From contig CAYLXC010000002.1 of assembly GCA_964387865.1 (NCBI GenBank), positions 18,676 to 82,675 of the forward strand: a stretch of 64,000 nucleotides of DNA. Reading direction: 5' to 3'. This DNA comes from an uncultured Gammaproteobacteria bacterium (lineage in GTDB: Bacteria > Patescibacteriota > Microgenomatia > Daviesbacterales > UBA10151). The first letter of the stretch is position 1, and each line of letters opens with the position of its first letter. Below are positions 29,727 to 37,849 of the stretch, piece after piece. A program made the position numbers and the translations under genes. The notes beneath the pieces are model-generated. The model had not been told where the DNA came from. It saw nothing but the letters and a program-made list of their open reading frames with translations, and ran no database searches.

Positions 29727-31088
29727 ATGGAGTTTAAAAGAGAAATGCCAAAGAAAACTTTAAATGCTTTTTATGATTTGGTTATAGTAGGAGGCCTTGG
29801 TCATGTAGGTCTTCCATTAGGTATTGCATTTGCAGAAAAAGGACTTAAAGTTTGCCTTTATGATATTGATAAGAGTAAAGGTGAAATGGTCAAAAAAGGT
29901 AGTATACCTTTTATAGAATATGGTGCACAAGAAATTTTGGAAAAAGTATTAAAGGCAGGAACCCTTACAGTTTCCTATGATATTAAAGATATATCAAAGG
30001 CTAAATATGTAATTGTAACTATTGGTACTCCAGTGGATGAACACCTTACTCCAAAAACAAGAGCTTTTTTGGAATTTTTTGAAAATATTCGAGATTATTT
30101 AAACCCTAATCAAATAATAATTATTCGAAGTACAGTTTATCCTAATACCTGTCAACAGCTGCTAAGGATGCTAGGAAATGGTAAGCAGTGGCATATAGCA
30201 TATTGTCCAGAACGGATTACCGAGGGATATGCTATTAAAGAGTTAAAAGAACTGCCACAAATTGTAGCAGGTTTGAGTGAGCATGCAATAAATAATGCTG
30301 CAGCATTATTTAGTACAATTTCCACAAAAATTATAAAAACTGCAATGGGAGAGGCGGAATTGGTTAAATTATTTTCAAATGCTTGGAGATATATTCATTT
30401 CGCCTTGGCAAATCAATTTTATATGATCTCTTATAGATTTGGAGTTGATTATGAAAGAGTTCGTTGGGCGATGAAAGAAGGTTATGAAAGAGCAGCCACC
30501 TTGCCAGTTGCAGGTTTCGCCGCAGGACCATGCCTTTTAAAAGACACCATGCAGCTTGTGGCATTTGATAGCAATAATTTTCTTTTGGGACATGCGGCAA
30601 TGATGATTAATGAAGGCTTACCAAATTTTATTGTTGAGGATCTTCGCAAAAGATATGATTTACAGAAAACTAAAGTGGGAATTTTAGGCATGGCTTTTAA
30701 AGCGGATGTAGATGATATAAGAGACTCCTTATCATATAAGTTAGGAAAAATTCTTAGATTTCACGGTGCCCAGGTTTATTACTGTGATGAATATGTCAAA
30801 AATCCTACATTTTCATCTAAAGAAAAACTAATCAAAGAATGCGATGTGATAATTATAGGAGTTCCACACTCTGCCTATAAAAGACTTGTTATGCCAGAAA
30901 AAGTAGAAGTTGTAGATTTATGGGGTGTTACTGCTGGAGGTAGGCGTACAATCCCAAAGGGCTATATAACTTCTGAATATAGAGCTATTGATTCTTTTGG
31001 TCAAACTAGTGCTAATCAATATGCGGAAGGTTCTACTTTTCAACTCGCAGTCAGAATGAAAAGGTCAACTAAATCAACAAGTAAGTGA
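29727..31088 (+). CDS. Nucleotide-sugar dehydrogenase (UDP-glucose/GDP-mannose 6-dehydrogenase family)
   Basis: 'FYDLVIVGGLGHVGLPLGIAFAEKGLKVCLYDID' NAD-binding region and the catalytic-region 'FAAGPCLLKD' (GGSCFPKD-like). Confidence 0.75.
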   Translation: MEFKREMPKKTLNAFYDLVIVGGLGHVGLPLGIAFAEKGLKVCLYDIDKSKGEMVKKGSIPFIEYGAQEILEKVLKAGTLTVSYDIKDISKAKYVIVTIGTPVDEHLTPKTRAFLEFFENIRDYLNPNQIIIIRSTVYPNTCQQLLRMLGNGKQWHIAYCPERITEGYAIKELKELPQIVAGLSEHAINNAAALFSTISTKIIKTAMGEAELVKLFSNAWRYIHFALANQFYMISYRFGVDYERVRWAMKEGYERAATLPVAGFAAGPCLLKDTMQLVAFDSNNFLLGHAAMMINEGLPNFIVEDLRKRYDLQKTKVGILGMAFKADVDDIRDSLSYKLGKILRFHGAQVYYCDEYVKNPTFSSKEKLIKECDVIIIGVPHSAYKRLVMPEKVEVVDLWGVTAGGRRTIPKGYITSEYRAIDSFGQTSANQYAEGSTFQLAVRMKRSTKSTSK

Positions 31089-32089
31089 AAATACCTCAGG
31101 TAATGAAAAAAAGATTTCTGGTTACAGGTGGGGCGGGATTTATTGGCAGTGCCTTAGTAAGGGTTTTGGTGAATGATGGCAAAAGCGTTAGAGTATTGGA
31201 TAATGAGTTCCGTGGAGAAGTAGATAGATTGAAGGATATTAGGGATAAATTTGAAATGATAAATGGAGATATCAGAGATCCTAAATTAGTTGTGAAGGTT
31301 TGTCGAGGTATAGATAGTGTTATTCATCTTGCCTATATTAACGGTACCCAGTTTTTCTATACAAAACCTGAGTTGGTACTTGAGGTTGGAGTTAAAGGGA
31401 TAGTTAATATTTTGGACGGGTGTATAAAAAATAATGTAGGTGAGTTATTTCTAGCTTCAACTTCAGAAGTTTATCAAACCCCAAAGATTATTCCTACTCC
31501 TGAAACAGTTCCCATGGTTATTCCGGATCCACTAAATCCCAGATATTCTTATGGTGGGGGGAAAATAATTAGTGAGCTGATGGCTATAAATTATGGACGA
31601 AAATATTTTAAACGTGCTGTAATTTTTAGACCGCATAATGTTTATGGTCCTGATATGGGTTGGGAACATGTTGTACCTCAACTTATCTTAAGTATTAAAA
31701 ATTTAATAGAAAGGAATAAAAAAAGTAATACTATCCATTTACCAATTCAAGGATCAGGAGATGAGACAAGAGCCTTTATTTATATAGATGATTTTCTTGA
31801 GGGACTTAAACTTGTAATAGATAAGGGTGAACATTTGGGAATTTATCATATTGGTACCATGGATGAAGTATCAATTAAAGAACTTGCAAAACAAATAGGT
31901 TACCATTTTGGTAGAAAGATTATAGTATTGCCAGGAGAATTGACAAAAGGAAGTACCAAACGTCGTTGTCCGGATATTAGTAAACTAAAAAAGTTAGGGT
32001 TTAAACCGAAAGTTTCACTTAAAGAGGGTTTACAGGGGACAGTGAAATGGTATAATGCTTTCGCCCATTTACAACCTAAATATGAGTAA
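31085..32089 (+). CDS. NAD-dependent epimerase/dehydratase (UDP-glucuronate decarboxylase/4-epimerase-like extended SDR)
   Basis: 'FLVTGGAGFIGSALVRVL' and 'YSYGGGKIISE' (YxxxK). The GTG at 31085 overlaps the upstream stop (GTGA); an alternative ATG lies at 31103. Confidence 0.75.
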   Translation: MKIPQVMKKRFLVTGGAGFIGSALVRVLVNDGKSVRVLDNEFRGEVDRLKDIRDKFEMINGDIRDPKLVVKVCRGIDSVIHLAYINGTQFFYTKPELVLEVGVKGIVNILDGCIKNNVGELFLASTSEVYQTPKIIPTPETVPMVIPDPLNPRYSYGGGKIISELMAINYGRKYFKRAVIFRPHNVYGPDMGWEHVVPQLILSIKNLIERNKKSNTIHLPIQGSGDETRAFIYIDDFLEGLKLVIDKGEHLGIYHIGTMDEVSIKELAKQIGYHFGRKIIVLPGELTKGSTKRRCPDISKLKKLGFKPKVSLKEGLQGTVKWYNAFAHLQPKYE

Positions 32090-33356
32090 AGGTAAGAAAA
32101 AACTGGCTTTTGGAACCGGGAAAAGTATAGTGGTAGAAAATTGCCAAGTCTGTAACAACCCTAATTTAGAATCGATACTATTTTTAGGTTACTTACCTTC
32201 GGTAAATCAGATGTATCCAATAGGATCGAGACCCAAAGAGCAACCGAGTTACCCTGCCGAACTTCTTCATTGTACAAAGTGTCATTTGGTTCAACTGGGC
32301 TTAATAGTTGATCCAAAAATTATTTTTCCGAAAGAATATCCATATACCTCTGGAACAACCAAAATTCTAAGAGATAATTTTGCCGAACTTTCTTTAGAAG
32401 CTAAAAAGATTTTAGATTTAAAGTCAGATGATTTGGTGATTGATATAGGGTCAAATGACGGTACACTTTTAAATAACTTCAAAGATGATGTTAGAGTACT
32501 GGGAATAACCCCTGAAGAAATTGGTCAACTTGCCATTGAAAAGGGAATACCAACAATTTTGGACTATTTTACATCCCGTACAGTGAAGAAAGTCAAGAAG
32601 AAATATGGCAAGGCCAAGCTTGTAACAGCTGCTAATGTATTTGCTCATATAGAAGATGTAAGTGTGGTTTTGGAAAATATTTTAAATCTCCTAAAACCAG
32701 ATGGGGTGTTTATTTCGGAATCGCATTATCTTTATTCACTAATTAAATTTGTTCAATATGATACTATCTACCATGAACATTTAAGATATTACTCACTGGC
32801 TTCCCTTAAATATATTTTAAATATGCATGGACTGGAAGTTTTTCATGCAAAACAAATTCCTACTCATGGAGGATCAATCAGAGTTTATGCCGCAAGAAAG
32901 GGTCTATATCCTGTTAAGGATTCTGTAAACAAGCTACTTCAAAAAGAAAAGCCATATGTAACAAACAAAAAAAGTTTATTAAAATTTAAGGAGAATGTTG
33001 TCTTATCAAAACTTGAACTTCACTCCTTACTTTGGGATCTGAAGAGAAAGGGGAAAAAGATATATGGCATTTCTGCCCCGTCCAGAGCCAGCACTTTAAT
33101 AAATTATGTTGGGTTGGACGATGACATAATAGATTGCATTTTAGAAATTAAAGGATCATATAAAATAGGAAATTACATACCTGGAACTCTTATTCCTATT
33201 GTGGAAGAGAGCAGCTTATTTGAGCAGCAACCTGACTATGCTTTGCTTTTATCTTGGCATATTGCTAAAGAATTGATGCCAAAACTTAAACAAAAAGGAT
33301 TTAAAGGAGACTTCATAGTTCCTCTCCCCAGGCCTTTGATTATAAAAGGCTTTTGA
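32082..33356 (+). CDS. Zn-ribbon-containing SAM-dependent (C-)methyltransferase, NDP-sugar C-methyltransferase-like
   Basis: 'CQVCNNPNLESILFLGYLPSVNQ...CTKCHLVQL' N-terminal zinc-binding domain, 'VIDIGSNDGTLLNNF' motif I and a roughly 150-aa C-terminal extension. The ATG at 32082 overlaps the upstream stop (ATGAGTAA); the ORF track start is 32055. Confidence 0.55.
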   Translation: MSKGKKKLAFGTGKSIVVENCQVCNNPNLESILFLGYLPSVNQMYPIGSRPKEQPSYPAELLHCTKCHLVQLGLIVDPKIIFPKEYPYTSGTTKILRDNFAELSLEAKKILDLKSDDLVIDIGSNDGTLLNNFKDDVRVLGITPEEIGQLAIEKGIPTILDYFTSRTVKKVKKKYGKAKLVTAANVFAHIEDVSVVLENILNLLKPDGVFISESHYLYSLIKFVQYDTIYHEHLRYYSLASLKYILNMHGLEVFHAKQIPTHGGSIRVYAARKGLYPVKDSVNKLLQKEKPYVTNKKSLLKFKENVVLSKLELHSLLWDLKRKGKKIYGISAPSRASTLINYVGLDDDIIDCILEIKGSYKIGNYIPGTLIPIVEESSLFEQQPDYALLLSWHIAKELMPKLKQKGFKGDFIVPLPRPLIIKGF

Positions 33357-35247
33357 GTCCTAGAGTTTGCATAATCTCATCTCTTATATCATATAGATCT
33401 CTATTTTTAAACCTAAATGCGTAAAAGTTTTCTGGTTTATAGAAAACACCACTAAAGAGAAATCCTTTGATACCATCCTTTTCCACTATTGCCTCCTTTA
33501 GCTTTTCTGGACAGACTTTCTCATTTCCGCCGCAAAGAAAATAAGTTCTTAAAAGTAGAGGAGTAAGTTCTGGCTTTAAGACTCTATCTTCCTGAAACAT
33601 CATCCAGAAATTGAAACCTGCCATAATTATTGTCTCATTAAAATAGCTATTATTATGGTCTTGTGATTCATCAAAATAAAAAACTGAGGGTTCAGTCAAA
33701 CTAAAATTTTTAAGGTATGACTTTAGTTTTCCCTTCATTCTAATATGTTCAGATGCCTTGGTTCCTGCCACGTTTAATTCATAGTCAAAGTAATTAGCTA
33801 TAGACTTACTATAAATTACAAACATAAGAAGAGGTAGTAAAAAAACAGCTAATGCAAAAGGCCTAGTGAAATTTTTTGGATATAACTTTTCATAAATTAA
33901 GACAAAAGCAGTTGCAATAAGAAGACTTACCCCTATAGCTGGTATAGTAAGGTAGCGGTGTATACCTACAAATACTAAAGCTATATCAGCGGGTAACCAT
34001 GTAATAAATATGAAAAGGAATGCCATTGCAGGACCCATAAATAAACAAAGGGTAAGATTATCCTTCATTTTTCTATCAATCCATTCAAGGAAAAAAGCGC
34101 ATGCTAAAGAAAGAACAAACATCCCGACTAAAGCATTGGGCATTACAAAACTTGGGTCAAAATATATCCTTGAAGAAGGATCAATACCTAACCGACGGGT
34201 AGCAATATAGAAGGAAGCTAGAAAAAGAGTTATGAGTATGGTCAATGTTACGAGTATAAACTTACGAGGGTTTTTAGATAAAAGATAACCTGAAATTAAA
34301 ATAATATTGCCAAAAATAAATAAAGGCCCCCCTAACAAGAATTTTAAATAACCAGTTAAATTATCTAAATTAATTACGCCTAGAGGTAAAGGATATTCTT
34401 TTGGTAGAAACATACTTCCTAAAGAAGCAAATGGTGTGAAAAGTAGGTGTGAATTTCCTTCAAATATTTTTTGGAAAAGCCCCATGCTGTTTCCTATAAA
34501 AAAAGGAATCATGTCGCTTTGAATATTTGGCCTAATAAATATTAGAAGAATTACTGGGGTAAAAAGTAGTAATAATCTTTTTGCCCCTAAAACAATAGAG
34601 GATTTGGAGAATTTTTGACTGCAAATATAGAGAAACTCACCTATAATTACAAGCGGCATTAGGGGATACATTCTCTCTGTTGCCAGAAAAAAGGCGAGAT
34701 AAAAGGTGAGTATGACAGAAATTAGCAATCTCCAATCTGTTCTTTTTTTTTGGGCAAGATACCAATATATCCAAAGAAATATATTCATAAATGTAATTCC
34801 GAGATAATTTATGGTAGTCATTACCGTATAGAGAGCTGCCACAGTTGTAAAAGAATAAGCATAGATTAATGTTCCAAGTGTGGCGATTAATTTTCGTTTG
34901 GTGATTATGTAAAATAAAGGAAAGGCAGTAATAGTTGAAAGAAACTTTAAAATATAAGCTACTATATTATATTGGTAGAAGTCTAAACCAAAAAAATATT
35001 CCTGAATACCTAAATAATAATATTGTGTTGCATAGACTCCGCTTCTATTCCACATGTTTAAAAAACTTTCAAGTGAAAAGGGATTTTTTAGATGTTTAAA
35101 TTGCAATAACCCCCCCCAATCTATATCAGCAAAAGCGTAGCTTAGGTGAGGCTTGAGCATAAAATATTGTATCAGGGCAATTATCAAAGCTGTAAATAAA
35201 AACAACCAAATACTTGAATGGGTTTTAAGACTATTTAACATACGCAA
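33340..35247 (-). CDS. Family-B polytopic membrane protein (635 aa), GT-C-type glycosyltransferase candidate
   Basis: 'YAFADIDWGGLLQF', 'RYLTIPAIGVSLL', C-terminal 'NFYAFRFKNRDLYDIRDEIMQTL'. Confidence 0.5.
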   Translation of the reverse strand: MRMLNSLKTHSSIWLFLFTALIIALIQYFMLKPHLSYAFADIDWGGLLQFKHLKNPFSLESFLNMWNRSGVYATQYYYLGIQEYFFGLDFYQYNIVAYILKFLSTITAFPLFYIITKRKLIATLGTLIYAYSFTTVAALYTVMTTINYLGITFMNIFLWIYWYLAQKKRTDWRLLISVILTFYLAFFLATERMYPLMPLVIIGEFLYICSQKFSKSSIVLGAKRLLLLFTPVILLIFIRPNIQSDMIPFFIGNSMGLFQKIFEGNSHLLFTPFASLGSMFLPKEYPLPLGVINLDNLTGYLKFLLGGPLFIFGNIILISGYLLSKNPRKFILVTLTILITLFLASFYIATRRLGIDPSSRIYFDPSFVMPNALVGMFVLSLACAFFLEWIDRKMKDNLTLCLFMGPAMAFLFIFITWLPADIALVFVGIHRYLTIPAIGVSLLIATAFVLIYEKLYPKNFTRPFALAVFLLPLLMFVIYSKSIANYFDYELNVAGTKASEHIRMKGKLKSYLKNFSLTEPSVFYFDESQDHNNSYFNETIIMAGFNFWMMFQEDRVLKPELTPLLLRTYFLCGGNEKVCPEKLKEAIVEKDGIKGFLFSGVFYKPENFYAFRFKNRDLYDIRDEIMQTLGLKSLL

Positions 35248-35273
35248 AATATATTATAGTACACTAATTCGGT
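35248..35273. promoter_or_regulatory. Compact divergent promoter (family-B gene on -, RmlD-like gene on +)
   Basis: A 26-nt spacer containing 'TATATTATAGT' -10-like elements. Confidence 0.25.
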
Positions 35274-36167
35274 ATGATTAGAAAAGATAAAGATAAAAGG
35301 ATTTTACTTTTTGGAGGGAGTGGCTTAGTTGGCTCAAGGATTATAAAGCTCCTTAATAATCGTTTCCAAATAATTGCCCCCCCACATATGAAAGTGGATG
35401 TTACCCAAAGAGCCCAAGTAGATAAAATCATTGAACAGGTTTTGCCAGATCATATAATTTATGCTGTGGGTTTAACAAGTGTGGATAAAGCGGAAGAGAA
35501 TTCTAAATTGGCTTATTTATTAAACACAAAGGCACCCACTATGGTGGCCGAAAAGGCTAGTCAACTTCACATTCCAATACTTTATTTCTCAACAGATGCT
35601 GTTTTTGATGGAACAAAAAGCATCAGTCCTTATGAGGAAAGCGATAAGACTAACCCTATCTCAATGTATGGTAAATCAAAGCTTTTGGGTGAGCAAATGG
35701 TTCTGGCCCTTTCTGACAAAAATTGTGTAGTAAGAATTATTACGGTTTACTCACACGTCACAACTGAGAAAAGAGGCTTTGTTCAAGCTGTACTTGAGGC
35801 TTTATCAAAAGGAGAAAAATTTCAAGGAATTACAGATCAAATAATCAATCCGATCTATGTTGATGATATAGTAAAGGCCATATATCTTTTGATTAATAGT
35901 AAAAGCTTTGGCATATATCATTTAGGTGCAACAGATTATATTACAAACTATAATTTTATTAGGAAACTAGCCAAACACCTTAGTTTGGATGAGAAGCTGA
36001 TAGAAGGGATAACCTTTAAGGAATTTTTTAAAAATAAATTGGCAAAGAGAACCAAATATTGTTGGCTAGATACTTCTCTTTTCAGAAAAGAATTTGGTGA
36101 AAACGTCCTTCATACTGTGGATGAAAGCATCATGCTTTTTAAGAAAAATTTAAAGAGGCCATCTTGA
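35274..36167 (+). CDS. RmlD-like NAD(P)-dependent reductase/epimerase (paralog of 20418..21344)
   Basis: 'ILLFGGSGLVGSRIIKLL' and 'YGKSKLLGE' (YxxxK). 297 aa. Confidence 0.6.
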   Translation: MIRKDKDKRILLFGGSGLVGSRIIKLLNNRFQIIAPPHMKVDVTQRAQVDKIIEQVLPDHIIYAVGLTSVDKAEENSKLAYLLNTKAPTMVAEKASQLHIPILYFSTDAVFDGTKSISPYEESDKTNPISMYGKSKLLGEQMVLALSDKNCVVRIITVYSHVTTEKRGFVQAVLEALSKGEKFQGITDQIINPIYVDDIVKAIYLLINSKSFGIYHLGATDYITNYNFIRKLAKHLSLDEKLIEGITFKEFFKNKLAKRTKYCWLDTSLFRKEFGENVLHTVDESIMLFKKNLKRPS

Positions 36168-36885
36168 AGTGTTTAAATCTTTTAACTATCCCCCAAAGGT
36201 ACCAATAAATATATCTTGGTAACCATTTAAATAGTTTGAATTTAGATTTGCCAAAATGTCTTTCTTTCCAAATAGATGGGGTTTCTGTGATTTTATATCC
36301 CAAAAGATAAGCTTTGATTAAAATTTCCATGGCAAATTCCCAGCCCCCAAGGGATTGAATTTTTATTCTTTTTAAAACTTGCCTTCGATACATCTTATAT
36401 CCATTAGTTAAATCAGAAGTTGGAATACCAAGAAGGATGGGGGTAGTAAGTCCTGCAATTTTTGAGAGAATAGTTTTTATAAATCTTCCGCCTACTTGTT
36501 TCCCACCTTTTGAATAACGGGTAGCACAGACAATGTCAAAATCCCTCTTTGCCAGTTGATACATTTTATTGATAGTTTCTGGGTCATCAGCCAAATCTGC
36601 TGGCATAACCACAATAAATTCTCCCAAGCTTTCCATAAAACCAGTTTTAACAGCATTGATCAAACCACCACCCCAAGCATTCTTTACAAGCTTCACATTT
36701 GGAATTTTATTCTTAAGTTTTTTTATAACTGTTATTGTGTCGTCATTATCGAAATCATATACAATAATTACCTCATGTTCACTCTTTACAGCAGATTCCA
36801 AAGAATAAAGGAAGGCAGATATATTTGGACCCTCATTCAAAACAGGTACAATAATGCTGATTGGAAATTTTTGTTTAGTAAGCAT
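36139..36885 (-). CDS. GT2 polyprenyl-phosphate glycosyltransferase (DPM1/GtrB-like)
   Basis: 'ISIIVPVLNEGPNI', 'EVIIVYDFDNDDT', 'TNGYKMYRRQVL'. 248 aa. Confidence 0.7.
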   Translation of the reverse strand: MLTKQKFPISIIVPVLNEGPNISAFLYSLESAVKSEHEVIIVYDFDNDDTITVIKKLKNKIPNVKLVKNAWGGGLINAVKTGFMESLGEFIVVMPADLADDPETINKMYQLAKRDFDIVCATRYSKGGKQVGGRFIKTILSKIAGLTTPILLGIPTSDLTNGYKMYRRQVLKRIKIQSLGGWEFAMEILIKAYLLGYKITETPSIWKERHFGKSKFKLFKWLPRYIYWYLWGIVKRFKHFKMASLNFS

Positions 36886-36975
36886 AATCCCTATTAGTCT
36901 AGAATTATTTTATTTTTTAAACAAGAACCAATACAAAAAATTGCCAAAACAACATTGATATGATAGAAAAGGATT

Positions 36976-37842
36976 GTGAAAAAAGTTTCAGTTATTATAC
37001 CTACTTATAATAGTTGGAAGACGCTTAAAAGTTGTATTATATCTATTCAAAATCAAACTATTAAACCTAAGGAGATTATAGTTGTGGATAATGGATCAAC
37101 TGATGGGACTGCTCAAAAAGTAAAAAAACTTTTCACAAAGATCAAATTGATTACCCTAGATAAAAATACAGGGGTTACCGGTGGTAGAAATACTGGTATA
37201 AAAAGAGCTAACTCTATGTCAGATTATTTATTTTTTTTTGATCATGATATGGTGGCTGAAAAAGATATGCTTAAAGAATTAATAAAAGTGACAGATACGG
37301 ATACTAACATTGGGATTGTTACCCCAAAGATTTATTATTATGGGAAGAAAAAAAGAATTTGGTCAGCAGGAACGGGGATTAATCTTTGGACAGGACAAGT
37401 TTTATTCAGAGGGGGAGATGACCGTGCTCAATACGAGAGAGTGGAAGAAGTACAGGTTGCCCCAGCTGCAATTTTGGTGAGAAAAGAGGTTATTAAGAAA
37501 ATAGGCGGATTCGATAACAGATACTTTGCCACTTATGAAGATACAGATTTTTGTTTCCGTGCTAGGAAGATAGGTTTTAAGACATTTTATGTCCCAAAAG
37601 CAAGAGCTTATCATAAGTTATCTTGGGATCCAAAAGATGATGCTGCAAGAGTCTTGTCAAGATCTTACTGGGTTGGAAGAAATCGTGTAATTTTTATGAA
37701 GGATTTTGGTAAAAATTTTTTCATATTCCTTATGTTTTTGCCAATCTACTTTGTTTATTATTTATATGTAGCATTAAAAAATAAAAATATTGGAGGATGG
37801 TTTAAATTTATACAAGGCACAATTTACGGTTTTTTTACTTGA
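36976..37842 (+). CDS. GT2-family glycosyltransferase (GT-A, DXD)
   Basis: 'VSVIIPTYNSWKTLKSCIISIQNQT...EIIVVDNGSTDGT' and 'FFDHDM' (DXD). GTG start. Confidence 0.7.
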   Translation: MKKVSVIIPTYNSWKTLKSCIISIQNQTIKPKEIIVVDNGSTDGTAQKVKKLFTKIKLITLDKNTGVTGGRNTGIKRANSMSDYLFFFDHDMVAEKDMLKELIKVTDTDTNIGIVTPKIYYYGKKKRIWSAGTGINLWTGQVLFRGGDDRAQYERVEEVQVAPAAILVRKEVIKKIGGFDNRYFATYEDTDFCFRARKIGFKTFYVPKARAYHKLSWDPKDDAARVLSRSYWVGRNRVIFMKDFGKNFFIFLMFLPIYFVYYLYVALKNKNIGGWFKFIQGTIYGFFT

Positions 37843-37849
37843 AAAATAG

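Noticed and set aside
22131-35247. Family B as Wzy-type O-antigen polymerases or O-antigen ligases.
   Set aside because: A separate protein with a clear Wzy_C-like loop motif exists at 60962. Family B lacks the R..W...G.G loop, and instead has a D-D/D-x-D first-loop motif and a soluble C-terminal domain more like GT-C enzymes.
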